Below are positions 53,901 to 63,850 of a stretch of 64,000 nucleotides of DNA, piece after piece; within the stretch, counting starts at the first letter, position 1, and each line of letters begins with the position of its first letter. Both the position numbers and the translations under genes were made by a program. This DNA is from a virus. Location: the IMG/VR virus record IMGVR_UViG_3300028844_006119, positions 1-64,000 of that record. One strand, 5' to 3'. The notes beneath the pieces were generated by a model. The model did not search any database. It worked only from the letters and a program-made list of their open reading frames with translations, and had not been told where the DNA came from.

Positions 53901-55880
53901 GACCGGGTGTATCCGTTCACCCCTCTTTCCAACTCTGTCATCGTCAGCGACAGGGTCAGCAACCCCGGATGGTGGAAGAGGTACGGAGCAGTTTCTGGGG
54001 AGGAGGAGCTAAAGAAGTACCACACATGGCAAGTCGAGCTTGACCTGCACACTGTGGACTCCCGAGACATTGCGCTTGCGTCCGATTTTCTAATGAAGAT
54101 CCGGCCGATCTACACCTTGCCTAAGATTGTCGGAGTTCTGGCCCTGCGAGACACTGTCTATGTAGAAGATGACCTCTTCGTGGACATGGACATCTTTTTC
54201 TATGATGATCCCGCGTTCAGTCGAGAGTCTTCCCACATGGCGGACTCCTACAACGACAGCGGTGCCGCCACTAGGATGCTGGACTTTGGCTCCCTCTCTA
54301 CTCGAACTCTCTTCCAGGGCCACGACCTGGCGGTGGATAGGGCCGTAGACCCCGAGCTGGTCACCTCTGCTCGAGGAGGGTTTGCCTCGGGGTCTGTGAA
54401 TGGTGCGGGGGAAGCAGTTCTCCCCTTCATCAACACCTACTTTGATAGCGAAGTGAAGATCCGGGGGGAGAACTTCGTGCGGGTCGGGGATGTGCTGTTC
54501 ATCACGGATGGCCCCAACCGAGGTCGATTCTTAGTGTCGGAGGTGGTCAGCGACACCCAACTCAGAATTTCCCAATACGCGAACTCCGCCCCAAGAGGGA
54601 TTGACCCCTCGACGCACATGAGGACGGACGCAGCAGCGAAGTTCCACATTCAGCGTCATGAGGACGAGCTCATCACCTCGCACTCCGGGATCTCGTCTGT
54701 AGGCGCGACGGACAACATCATTGTCATCGACAGCGCCACCTTCTGGAGTAACGGGATCACTGCGGACGATGTCCTGATCATCTCTACCGGGAACAACCGT
54801 GGCACCTATCACATAGAGGACCTTGGCGTCTACAACCCCGTAAGCGAGGTCTTCGACGCAGAGGAAACTACTCTTACTCTTCGAGAGACCCTCCCGGATA
54901 ACGCGGACCTGTCTCACTCCTTCGAGATTCGTAGAAGAGCCCTGCTCTCCAATCCGTCGTTCAGCGCCACAGACGGCGTAACTACTGTCTCGACGAACTA
55001 CATCGAATCCGCGTCGAATCCCGACCTCTCCCACATCAAGAAGAGGGACACCCTGACACCCTCTTCGGGAACAGACCAGGACGTAGTCTTTCGGGTTGTA
55101 GGGGTGTCTGGGAACAAGATCTACACGGACCTCCCTTTTACGGCCACCGAGACGGCAGTATCTTTCAGCATCTCCCACCTGGCGTTTGACGAGGACGAGG
55201 ACGACAGTGACTATCGCCTCGAAAGGCTCCACCCCACGGATGAGCTAGAGCTGACCCTGTACCGACCACTGGCCTTGATCCACACCGGAACATTTACCCT
55301 GACGGACGACGGAGTAGCTGCGAATCCCGTCTGCCGGGCCACTGATGAGGGGGCTACAGACCTTACTGCCTTGGCTACCCCGGTTCAAGAGGGTGACCTC
55401 TTGGAGGTGGAGTTTGCCTACACGCCTTCTGGTGGGCCCGGCATCGCGGATGACATCACTACCAGCACTTCTCACGGAATGTACGAGATTACGTCAGTGG
55501 CCACTGACACCGTGACGGTGGCGAAGTCCTTCCCCGGCGTCGTGCTGTCCTCTGCCTCTCTTTTGGATCCCACCGATCCGGAGTATTCTGCTGCGGTCGT
55601 TCCTGAAACTGGAGTTGCCGTAAATATCTACACGCAAGAGGCCAACTTCACCGTGTCGGGGACCTCAGTGGGGCTGAGTACTGGCCTATCTGATACCCTA
55701 GGGTTCCCCATCACCCTGGAAGAAGTGGGAATTGTCCCCGGAGATTTCTTCGAGGACAGCTCTGAGGTGGGGTACCTCATCGTATCAGTATCGGGCTCGA
55801 CTCTTACGCTTGCCGAGGATACGGGAATCACCATCTCCACGCTCATGACCGGCAGAATCTTCAGAAGAGAGTCCCCATGA
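50943..55880 (+). CDS. giant baseplate wedge-like protein, 1645 aa
   Basis: PKD-like N-terminus, LSDFW, NFGVLVG..YKSAVRGL..GPT, FLMKIRP.YT segments plus repeated GDxLxIxxGxNxG domains. Confidence 0.7.
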   Translation: MPSRTTSTHRFSVQPLTHRPVGDVTPAEATGIIGSSQIFSAAGSTVGGQHLEGMTFAWTVSSPEGSAVESVVFVESNGSQVRLDADVTGTYVLTMTPTYEGVSGDVVTAPAFFSPIIVPAVKRLAPDGNFMFTVLSDFWSLVNDRQAFPVLWSGYTQIVASDFLRALQVDRSKSIATIQALFQKRHIPIFPRMDIDSSDLDMFLGNHQSGSSAFTGNVTFVDKGILVSPTEFLLLNTATSSAVGTSISLYSGANAGEYLISRLNPSESGYIVSEASPFPDYRSTISVSGVDLVSTGSDTVYATSTDFAAAGAVAGDVLRIKSGLNAGYHRLTAVGTADGLSNNKTLQLAAPISAGSNMQFDVFTATRASYLKSEAATTNTVYIPRSDADLDAYAVAALTSTGGEIVSDYEILVSQRHLIDSALGSRILIKTGSLSGNYFTVSSFNPSRTGFIVSDPFSGDSYPEPVTYEISVSASIQDRLLVLDGVGHDIASYALLEGLPTESEGGRGDLWAITLKDPTAPSRREGLEWRIGSTILLNSIDHLESYGVSAGDQIVFEIERVDLQKSAFLYCTVTGVRDGQVSFELGTSPLSSGTAGQPDPGNVEEIFSELSVPSVALSDATGAPIYTSSALEVYSFLTGSSFSSKFFNLPLDAETQIDIDEFFSVRLIPRYIVRNTAIGLDPEGDFEDSPIFSVPALVEYITPESVDSTESGYLLVAKDGTQKDLSTLPVKLTENSDFTVSANSVKGSTASIQAGVATIVLSDVDLVALDIRVGDSIELLSGISQGVYSIAAIVSRSSLRVGARLSDSSLPVSTETSVSFTIARQTSGVFLRFTEPYLTASPAPEKLWAPMILVDNFKYIEDNFGVLVGVSRQDIDQYGTTQLSYKSAVRGLMYSWATGPTFRSAEIGAHILLDAPVSEVLGEVVEVNDDYAGSRGRIVIEDLADDGETGKGILRTYLYPNRDEFNFEGFYGLGLNPETGDPFKSGDRVYPFTPLSNSVIVSDRVSNPGWWKRYGAVSGEEELKKYHTWQVELDLHTVDSRDIALASDFLMKIRPIYTLPKIVGVLALRDTVYVEDDLFVDMDIFFYDDPAFSRESSHMADSYNDSGAATRMLDFGSLSTRTLFQGHDLAVDRAVDPELVTSARGGFASGSVNGAGEAVLPFINTYFDSEVKIRGENFVRVGDVLFITDGPNRGRFLVSEVVSDTQLRISQYANSAPRGIDPSTHMRTDAAAKFHIQRHEDELITSHSGISSVGATDNIIVIDSATFWSNGITADDVLIISTGNNRGTYHIEDLGVYNPVSEVFDAEETTLTLRETLPDNADLSHSFEIRRRALLSNPSFSATDGVTTVSTNYIESASNPDLSHIKKRDTLTPSSGTDQDVVFRVVGVSGNKIYTDLPFTATETAVSFSISHLAFDEDEDDSDYRLERLHPTDELELTLYRPLALIHTGTFTLTDDGVAANPVCRATDEGATDLTALATPVQEGDLLEVEFAYTPSGGPGIADDITTSTSHGMYEITSVATDTVTVAKSFPGVVLSSASLLDPTDPEYSAAVVPETGVAVNIYTQEANFTVSGTSVGLSTGLSDTLGFPITLEEVGIVPGDFFEDSSEVGYLIVSVSGSTLTLAEDTGITISTLMTGRIFRRESP

Positions 55881-56062
55881 AGAAGCTAAAGGAATCTACC
55901 CGGATCAAGGATCGGCTCTTGATTGAGGGAGGGAGCTTTACGCACGCCAAGGGCGGCATTGTCTCTGAGAATGGAAAACCTGTGGATCCCGAGGTCGTTG
56001 CAAAGGCCTTTGGGGTATCAATAGAAAAAGCCGTAGAAATTAGCCGGAGGCTGTCCCTGTGA
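55877..56062 (+). CDS. small hypothetical protein
   Basis: Overlapping start/stop coupling on both sides. Confidence 0.55.
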   Translation: MKKLKESTRIKDRLLIEGGSFTHAKGGIVSENGKPVDPEVVAKAFGVSIEKAVEISRRLSL

Positions 56063-56673
56063 ATTTTTCAGACCTAATGCGGTGGTTCCGCCCCGATGCG
56101 CTGGTTGAGCATAAGAATGCCCCAGCTATTAAGGGATTCTTCCAGGCGGAGACCCGCGAGCGAGGGAAGCTGGTGCAGAAGACCGAGGGGTTCAACGTAT
56201 GGACCCTCACCGGAAGAGAGTACCTCAGCGAGCTGATCTCTTTGAAGGCCGTGTCCCCCAGGACCTCGTACCGGGATGACCGCATTGCCTACATCGGCAT
56301 GGGGGTCGGCTCTCAGTCTGAGGAGGCTGGGGTGTCTTCCCTGGTTACTCCTACTCCCTACGCACCGGGAGAGTTCCTGGCGCCCGTTGCGTCTCCAGTG
56401 ACGTTTCCCGCGTCCTCCACGTCCTCCACTAAGACCTCAGTTCGGTTTATCCGAGAGTTCGGGCTCTCTGAGCTTAGCCTTGGGTACAACGTAGTTCTTA
56501 CGGAGGCCGGACTCTTTACGGACGGGAACCCTGAGGATAACTGGAAGCTAAACGCCCCCACCGGAATCGACGCTTCTGGCGACCGCGCTCCCGTGGCCTA
56601 CAAGACTTTCGAACCCATCACAAAGACGACCCAGTATACTCTTCGAGTGATCTGGGAGGTTAGGTTCCTATGA
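56059..56673 (+). CDS. putative baseplate/tail-fibre attachment protein
   Basis: N..T..GREYL, YIGMGVG, LTEAGLF, AYKTFEPITKT..LRVIWEVRF motif set. Confidence 0.65.
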   Translation: MNFSDLMRWFRPDALVEHKNAPAIKGFFQAETRERGKLVQKTEGFNVWTLTGREYLSELISLKAVSPRTSYRDDRIAYIGMGVGSQSEEAGVSSLVTPTPYAPGEFLAPVASPVTFPASSTSSTKTSVRFIREFGLSELSLGYNVVLTEAGLFTDGNPEDNWKLNAPTGIDASGDRAPVAYKTFEPITKTTQYTLRVIWEVRFL

Positions 56674-59600
56674 GCAAGTTTAAGCGTCGGCCGTTTATGG
56701 CGGGACACACTGATGTCTTTGTCATGTCTCAGCCCTACCTCACGGGAACCGAGCACATCAACTCTGATGGGCTCCTGGACTCCATCGAAGCCCTGACCTC
56801 GGGGGTCACCCAGTTCGAGCTCTCGTTCGAAACTGAGGAGGGTAGCGGAAACTTTCAGCTAGATGTAGCCGTTACGGCGGAGGCGGACAGGACGCTGGCG
56901 GCCATCGTAGAGGCACTAAATACCGCCTTCGGAGCCTCCTCCGTTTCCTCTCTAATCGAGGCATCGGACTTCGAGGGTTGCTTGAGAATTCAGAGTCTAG
57001 GATCGGGGCTTGTAGATACGCCTCCGTTGGATGGCATTCCGGACACTCTCTCCTACGTCAAGATCCTGCCTAACGACAGCGGCAGCTCTTTTGTGGATGG
57101 GGCCGATCTTTTTGGCTTTCCCTCGTTCCCGCATCCCACCGCAGTAGCGACCGCAGGAGACCTGGCACATTCCCCAGTTCGTCCTCTCACTCAGATCAAC
57201 CGTCCTGGGGCGGCATTCATTGCCCGTGGCGAGGACCGAGTAAGCCAGAACTTCAATAGAGCCTTGCACCAGCTGTCCATCAACGAAGACAGCCTGAACA
57301 CCCGCCTTAAGGCGCGGGTTCCTGTTCCCACGGTACTGGATATCGAAAGGGGCTCCACTCGTCTGCAGAAGGACGCATCGAACCGTATCGTAGGGCTTTT
57401 GCTAACCGGAACCCATTCCGACGCTCTTGACTCCATTCTGGGGGCAGAAAGTCGGGTATTTGTTGGGGGAGGGCTATCCCGGACATCCACTCTCCTAGAT
57501 ATCGCAGACTTCTTCAGTGTGCAGGACCAAGAAGACAACCAGATCCAGGCGGATCAACGGGTTGTCCGCGTAGGAGCCGTTACCTCCGGGTACACCGGAT
57601 CGGTAACTGTCCCCACATTTGTATCTGAGAGCGGAGCGCCGACCTCCAGCGTGCCTGACTCTACTGTCCCGCTGGACAACGGAAACCTGCTGGGGCTTCA
57701 GTACGAGAAGACCGCCGCTACGGTCATCAGCTCCGTCACAGACGGCTGTGTGCTGGTCTGCGATTCCGCTACGTTCTCTACTGACGGCGTCATCAAGGGG
57801 GACCTGGTAACTATTTCCGGGTCCTCCATCACTGCGCCTATTTCCCACAACGGGACGTACTACGTAGAGACCGTGATCTCTGAAACAGAGCTCGAAGTCC
57901 GTCCGACAGATCACAACAACGTCTTGATTCTGAACGAAAGTGAGTCTGGGGGACTGGGGAGCGCAACGGTCACTACGGACGGAAGCTTTGCTCAGAACGT
58001 CGTTCTGATGTTCAGCCCTCCCATTGCCGACTTCCCTCCCGATCGGGTTGCGGAGGACGGGACGACTCCCATCACGGGGGTGTTGCGGATTGTGCTGGGA
58101 CTGGAAGCCCCTCTCGGGGAAGTTCCTTCAGAGTTCCTTGCCCGGTCTACGGTCAAGACTGCCGCAGAGGTAGACGCATTTGTCACTCGTCGTGTCTGGC
58201 GGAGGATGTCTTTTGATGGCCTCTACCAGGGACAGAGCTACGATTTCCGAGGCTCTCAGCAAGGTGGTGGCGCCGAGGGACGGATCACCCACGGCCCGAT
58301 CAGCCTAAGCGTCGCCTCCAACCGAGATCGCCCCGCTTCCCTGACCGCAGAGATGACCGGCGCAGGCTCTCTCGAGATGCGGGGTGACGATCTGGTCCTT
58401 ACGGCAGACCCTACGTTTGTCTTCTCCGATACAGACATCGGCAAGGTCGTATTTGTCTCGGACACCGGCGGAACTCTGTTTGCGGACGAGACTCCGTTCA
58501 CTCTCTCCGAGTTTCTGAGCTACCGGGAGATCCGTCTTACTCCTCCGGTCGACTACAAGGACTGGAGAACTGCGGACCTGGTCGGCACTACTTCTTGCTC
58601 CTTCGAGGTAGTTAGCGAGGGCCAGGCGGCTATTCAAGCCGCGATGATGTTCGTGGCGAACGACAAGACCGCCGCAGGGGACGCTTCTTCTAAGACCGGA
58701 CTGGTCTTTGTGAGGAACCACCGTGATGGCGCGGATGGAGACGTTTCCCCCGGAACCAGCTTCCTCCACCTGGAGAGAATTCGTAACGTAAAGACCCGGA
58801 ACGCTGGGGTCAATTCGGATGCCGATGCCCATTTCCTGTCGGCATCGACTACGGCCGCGGCAAGGACCATTACCCTTACCGGGACGACTTCCAGCGACGT
58901 TGTGCATCTCAAGGACAACACGCACCTCTTCTGGAGTGAGAACGCTACCGTCAGGTCCTCCAACGGGATCGGCTGCACACTTCTCCGAATCGTAAACGGC
59001 CCCAATGCTGGATTCTACGAGGTCCACGAGCTGTCCGTCGATACGGGGGTATTCACCGTACAGCCCATCGAAAACGCCTTTGATGGCGCGACCACTTGGG
59101 CGGGCTTCATCTCCACGGCCGTCACTCAGGTTGCTAACCTGTACAACGTGGTCTTCTCCGTAGGCGGCAAAAGAACCGCGCAAGACCCAGTACTTGGCGC
59201 AGTAGAGGTCACCTCCGGAGTCACTGCCTTTGCGGATGCCGCAGATAAGGTGGCCGAAGGCACGTACACCCCGTCTGCGGGAGTGGCCCGCGCAATCCAG
59301 GCTCACTGGATCGGTGAGGGCTCTGCTCTGCATGTCCGTGTCAATGACCCGGACTTCTACTCTATCAGCTCTGTAAGTGCCTCCACCGGGTACGCTATCG
59401 ATGTCCGGGTCTACAACCCGGCGCAGGGTGGGTATGTGCGGGCCCACGCCAACTTCAGTAGTGGGCGGGCTGCCGATCGGGTAGCTAGGGCCCTGAGGCT
59501 GCACACTGACTCTTCTACGGTGGATCGTAAGAGGGAGTCCGTCCCCTCAGATGTCCTTACCGAGGCGTCCGGTTCCTCTCTAGAGGCGACCAGTAGGTAC

Positions 59601-62600
59601 GCAGATCCCGCGATTAAGGTCATGGCGGGTACTGCGGAGGACCCCCAGCACACAAAGCTCTTCCCCGGCGGGCCTTTCCCCGATACTTCCTCTTCGGCCC
59701 TTGTCATTATGGACAACCGGTACGCAGATTTGACGGGAGAGGCGACAGACACCTCTACCGATCAGATCAACGTTCCTCAGGGACTAAGGATCGGAGCCCT
59801 AACGATCACAGGGGCAACTACGATCAATAGGGAGTCTCCCGTACTCAGTATGAGCCCCATACTGTCTTCTGCGGTGGCCCCCTTATTCGCCCTTCGCTCT
59901 TCCGTGGGATTTGGGAGATTTAGTCCTACGGAGTCCCCAACCTGGACCTCGGGCGCGAACTACACGTTGTTCGAAAACTCCAGCTCCCACGGCATTTTCG
60001 GGGCCTGGCCTGGAAAATCCGCGCATCTCATGCCCGGCTGGTCAGACCGCTACTACGCCCATACGGCATCAGCGAGTCTCGGCTTCCCAGAGTTAGACTT
60101 AAACTACCCGACCGCAGGGAGCTCGGTGGGCAGCATTACGCTCAGCAGCTCCGATTACTCACTGTTTCAGACCAAGCACGAGTATGTGCTTTCCCTCCCG
60201 GAGGGTCAGACCCTATTCGGAGGACCCTCGGACTTTGCGGAGCACCTGCCTGGAAGAGTTCTGTGGGTCTCATTGGATGACGGAACCGGAGCAGGAGAGG
60301 CCACGCACTCCTTCCTATTCCGGGTAGAGGCGATGGTTGTATCCTCTGGAATTCGTCTTGCGCTTTATGCGCAGGACGAGGGAGGGCACCGGCCCAACTT
60401 TATGGCCTGGACCGTCATCTCTTGTGGATTAAAGGCCGCTAGGTGGAGCCACGCATACATAGACATTGCCGACTCGATGATGATCGGATCGGCTTACCAG
60501 AAAAGTGAGCTGAGTTCGCTCGAGCTCTACGAGGAGAGCCTCTCACAGGCATCATCTCACAGCCCTATCCTTACGCTTCTCCGCACCTCTCCCTATGCGC
60601 CCCAGGGGGACTACATTGGGTCGGACTGGTACGACATCGAAAAGGATGCGGATGGCTTGGCCTCTATCGAGTACACGGGAGGAGGCACGGTTGCCGTCAC
60701 CGCAGCAAACTTAGGTCTGCTCTCCGACAACGTAGTGTCCCTCGGCCCCAGCGGGTTCATTAAGTTCAGCTTCTTCGCAGACATGAGCTCGAATCCTACC
60801 GGCCAGGCTCTCTGGTTGCTCAACCACGCAATCCCAGGGTTCTCACAAGAGAGTAGCCCCTTCAGTCAATTTTTCCTGGGCGGTGGGGCTACCTGGACCC
60901 AATACGACGACGGCATCGTAAATAATTCCCAGTGGAACGTCTATGCACCAGAGATAGACCTTCTGGGCGCAGAGGCAGACAGAAAGATCTTCCGAAACGG
61001 TTACTTCTTCGAGTCTATTGCCCTGCCTGCCTCAGACCGCTCCCGTATTGATGCGGCTCTGACAGGCACTGTGTCCGACTCCTCTCATATTGTTCGCTGG
61101 TCCCCTCACCGAGGAGGGAGCCTGTCTCTGGCCCAAAGCAGGGCAGGGCAGTTTCCAGCCATTAATGAACTGAGCGGTACAAGAATTTGGATGCCCGTCG
61201 GCAGATCCTTTTCTTCTGAGTACCTGAACCTGCGTGTCAGTGTTGCTGGCTCGCATATTCTAGAGGCTATCTATGGGGCCGACATGGCCACCCCTTGGGC
61301 AACCCATACTGGGTTCTTGATCGCCATCAGGCGTGCCGACGGAACAGCTATCGCAACGAAGGAGATGACGATCGAAGTTGCGGCGGGCTCTACGGGCGAC
61401 CTGGTAGAGAAGGCATTCGCTACCAGCCAGGACATCCAAACTGGCCTGACATTCAGTGATTTCGGAGATAACGGGTTGGGAGGACAGAGCCCGACTTTCC
61501 GAGAAGATGGGTCCCTCAACAAGGGGAGAGCGGAGACAAGTGAGCCTCTATTTGTCACCATCGATTTCTACACGCTGCGACTGTCCAGTACGGAAAGCCT
61601 GGACTCCACTAAGGCTGTGGAGTTGTACGCGACACTGCCGGAGCTGGGGGGAGGCACTTCTCCGGTTATTCCGTTGCCATACGAGGAGATCGCGGGGAGT
61701 GACGCCAACAATGGCAGACTAATCTTCTCCGCACTTCAAGTAACTGACGTTCGTCCTCCCGCATACCTCACAGGCTCTGCCGCAGTTGGAGGCACCGTAA
61801 CGGCAAGGAACTTCAGGTATAGGGATGCGGTCACCAAGTATCTCAGTTCCGGCCCGGAGAAAGTGCAGTTCCATACCGGCCTTCGCTATTCCAATGTGGC
61901 CAGCTCTCATACGTTCACTCTGGCGCCTGCGGCGGACAATTACTACCCGTCCAGCTCAGCTTCTGCCTTGGGACAGCAGACGGGAAACATGTCTCTCGGC
62001 AAATCTGCCTTTAACGGGCTAGGGCCCATTACAGGCATGTTTCAGCCACTTTACGGGTCCGCCGGAGGGTTCAGGTCAACCGAGAGGATCGGATACCTCA
62101 CGGATTCGGCCCTGGATGCGGATATCACTGCCCTGGGGCTGGGGGACAATGCGTACACTTTGGGGACGAGTAACGACCAAGATTCGGTGAGGCTTGTAAA
62201 TGAGCTCAATGGGTCGGGGGTATTGGGATCTGTCAACTCCAAGACTGCGGTCGCCCCCGCGCCAGCGGGCCTGGCAACTCCCCAAGGAATGAGTAGCGTA
62301 GCGGTGCCGGACTCGGCCCTGAATCTGACATATACCGATCAGGGTCAGCCATGGGTTCAGGTAACGCACGACCAGTCTGTGCAGTTCCATAGGGGGGTTA
62401 GCGGTGCGTCTATCGTAGGGCACCACTCAAACGACCCTCTTTGGTACCAGTGTGAGGCCCTCAGCCGCAAAAGAGGCTCCGTCTCCCAGTATCTAGTAAG
62501 GGGAGTGTCGGACGGGTATACCTCTACGGCGCGCGATGCCGAGTTCCTATTCCATAGAAATGGCGTAGTAATGCCGGGCCCAACAGGATTTGTGGTCCCC

Positions 62601-63674
62601 ATTGATGCCCCGGACGGAACCCTGCTCACAGAATTCTCGTGGCATGTGTCGATTACTCCCCGTGTTTGGTCTCAGACCACGGACATCTACGAATACAGCT
62701 CTGAAAAGTCGGGTACCTACGCCGACGGCAGCCTCGACCCCCTACCGGACCACGTAAATACGCCAGAAAAGCAAGCGGATTGGGGGATTTACCACAGCTG
62801 CCCTCAATCTGCCGATGGGGTTACCTCTCCGCCCCCCATTGGGGTGTCGGAGTCGTGCCTGTCCCATGCTGTCGGAGCGTGGGAGGCTAAGGCGGGGTTT
62901 GCAGTAGATATCTACCGACTGAAGATAGGATCTTCGTCTAACCCGGAGGATTGGACTAACTTCGACCACCTAGAGGAGCATTCAATGGCCGAAAGGGTCC
63001 ATACCTCTACGGTCAGCCTGTCCTCCCTGGACAAGCAGCCCCACGAAGTGGTCGACCAGCACTACCCGGCAGCTACAGGACATTCCAGGTCAACGGGCGT
63101 CATTTTCAAATGGAGTGAGTCGGCCGTTGCTGTACCGGGCGCTGTAGGACATCCTCAGTATACGCCCCCCAATGAGTGCCACATTAAGGGCACAGAAGAC
63201 GTTTCGATAGAGATCGATAGATCTCAGTACACTTACTTCGCAGTAATCAGGGCATTTGTGACGGGTGACCGGCTGTTCACAAGTTTAGCCCACCTAGGTT
63301 CGTCAGAGGTGGCCTCAGCTACCGGGTTTGCGGACAGCGCAGGCTCTCTGTACTGGTACTCGCATTGCGGTCCTGGACAGCAGTTTCAGAATTCTGCCGG
63401 AGATCTGCCCGGAGTATGGGCCAGCGGTTGGTCCGAGCTCTCCGAGCCGTTGTCTCAAATCGACTCCTCTCTAGTCCCCCTTTGGGTCAACTCCCAGAAC
63501 GGAGCATCTAGTATGGGTAAGTCTGCTACCTGTCGAGTAGGCACCAATCCGTTTGGTGTTCCTGCCTTCTCCTATGACGTGCCGGGGCTAGGGTTCGGGC
63601 TTCGGGAGCACTTTACTCCCCCAGTATTTACGTTCCGGGCATCTAGATCGGCGTACAAGACGGACAAGCCGTGA
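56670..63674 (+). CDS. giant putative tail fibre/structural protein, 2334 aa
   Basis: S/T/G-rich beta protein; GE..SQNFNRALHQLSINED N-proximal motif; last gene of the baseplate block. Confidence 0.65.
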   Translation: MSKFKRRPFMAGHTDVFVMSQPYLTGTEHINSDGLLDSIEALTSGVTQFELSFETEEGSGNFQLDVAVTAEADRTLAAIVEALNTAFGASSVSSLIEASDFEGCLRIQSLGSGLVDTPPLDGIPDTLSYVKILPNDSGSSFVDGADLFGFPSFPHPTAVATAGDLAHSPVRPLTQINRPGAAFIARGEDRVSQNFNRALHQLSINEDSLNTRLKARVPVPTVLDIERGSTRLQKDASNRIVGLLLTGTHSDALDSILGAESRVFVGGGLSRTSTLLDIADFFSVQDQEDNQIQADQRVVRVGAVTSGYTGSVTVPTFVSESGAPTSSVPDSTVPLDNGNLLGLQYEKTAATVISSVTDGCVLVCDSATFSTDGVIKGDLVTISGSSITAPISHNGTYYVETVISETELEVRPTDHNNVLILNESESGGLGSATVTTDGSFAQNVVLMFSPPIADFPPDRVAEDGTTPITGVLRIVLGLEAPLGEVPSEFLARSTVKTAAEVDAFVTRRVWRRMSFDGLYQGQSYDFRGSQQGGGAEGRITHGPISLSVASNRDRPASLTAEMTGAGSLEMRGDDLVLTADPTFVFSDTDIGKVVFVSDTGGTLFADETPFTLSEFLSYREIRLTPPVDYKDWRTADLVGTTSCSFEVVSEGQAAIQAAMMFVANDKTAAGDASSKTGLVFVRNHRDGADGDVSPGTSFLHLERIRNVKTRNAGVNSDADAHFLSASTTAAARTITLTGTTSSDVVHLKDNTHLFWSENATVRSSNGIGCTLLRIVNGPNAGFYEVHELSVDTGVFTVQPIENAFDGATTWAGFISTAVTQVANLYNVVFSVGGKRTAQDPVLGAVEVTSGVTAFADAADKVAEGTYTPSAGVARAIQAHWIGEGSALHVRVNDPDFYSISSVSASTGYAIDVRVYNPAQGGYVRAHANFSSGRAADRVARALRLHTDSSTVDRKRESVPSDVLTEASGSSLEATSRYADPAIKVMAGTAEDPQHTKLFPGGPFPDTSSSALVIMDNRYADLTGEATDTSTDQINVPQGLRIGALTITGATTINRESPVLSMSPILSSAVAPLFALRSSVGFGRFSPTESPTWTSGANYTLFENSSSHGIFGAWPGKSAHLMPGWSDRYYAHTASASLGFPELDLNYPTAGSSVGSITLSSSDYSLFQTKHEYVLSLPEGQTLFGGPSDFAEHLPGRVLWVSLDDGTGAGEATHSFLFRVEAMVVSSGIRLALYAQDEGGHRPNFMAWTVISCGLKAARWSHAYIDIADSMMIGSAYQKSELSSLELYEESLSQASSHSPILTLLRTSPYAPQGDYIGSDWYDIEKDADGLASIEYTGGGTVAVTAANLGLLSDNVVSLGPSGFIKFSFFADMSSNPTGQALWLLNHAIPGFSQESSPFSQFFLGGGATWTQYDDGIVNNSQWNVYAPEIDLLGAEADRKIFRNGYFFESIALPASDRSRIDAALTGTVSDSSHIVRWSPHRGGSLSLAQSRAGQFPAINELSGTRIWMPVGRSFSSEYLNLRVSVAGSHILEAIYGADMATPWATHTGFLIAIRRADGTAIATKEMTIEVAAGSTGDLVEKAFATSQDIQTGLTFSDFGDNGLGGQSPTFREDGSLNKGRAETSEPLFVTIDFYTLRLSSTESLDSTKAVELYATLPELGGGTSPVIPLPYEEIAGSDANNGRLIFSALQVTDVRPPAYLTGSAAVGGTVTARNFRYRDAVTKYLSSGPEKVQFHTGLRYSNVASSHTFTLAPAADNYYPSSSASALGQQTGNMSLGKSAFNGLGPITGMFQPLYGSAGGFRSTERIGYLTDSALDADITALGLGDNAYTLGTSNDQDSVRLVNELNGSGVLGSVNSKTAVAPAPAGLATPQGMSSVAVPDSALNLTYTDQGQPWVQVTHDQSVQFHRGVSGASIVGHHSNDPLWYQCEALSRKRGSVSQYLVRGVSDGYTSTARDAEFLFHRNGVVMPGPTGFVVPIDAPDGTLLTEFSWHVSITPRVWSQTTDIYEYSSEKSGTYADGSLDPLPDHVNTPEKQADWGIYHSCPQSADGVTSPPPIGVSESCLSHAVGAWEAKAGFAVDIYRLKIGSSSNPEDWTNFDHLEEHSMAERVHTSTVSLSSLDKQPHEVVDQHYPAATGHSRSTGVIFKWSESAVAVPGAVGHPQYTPPNECHIKGTEDVSIEIDRSQYTYFAVIRAFVTGDRLFTSLAHLGSSEVASATGFADSAGSLYWYSHCGPGQQFQNSAGDLPGVWASGWSELSEPLSQIDSSLVPLWVNSQNGASSMGKSATCRVGTNPFGVPAFSYDVPGLGFGLREHFTPPVFTFRASRSAYKTDKP

Positions 63675-63697
63675 GCTCTCCCTTAAGCCTGGACACT

Positions 63698-63847
63698 ATG
63701 AAGCTTATGTGGGGGATCACCCCCACTAAGCGAGCTGACAGTGTCGAGGAGAAGAAGGAGATCAAGTCTGCGGATCAGGTCCTGTCCTCTCTCACAAAGA
63801 ACCAGCTAAAAAAGCGGCGCTCCTCCAACAAGAAGAAGCGCCGCTAG
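63698..63847 (+). CDS. 49-aa basic peptide (not in ORF track)
   Basis: GGA RBS; MKLMWGITPTKRADSVEEKK..KKRRSSNKKKRR. Confidence 0.5.
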   Translation: MKLMWGITPTKRADSVEEKKEIKSADQVLSSLTKNQLKKRRSSNKKKRR

Positions 63848-63850
63848 TTC

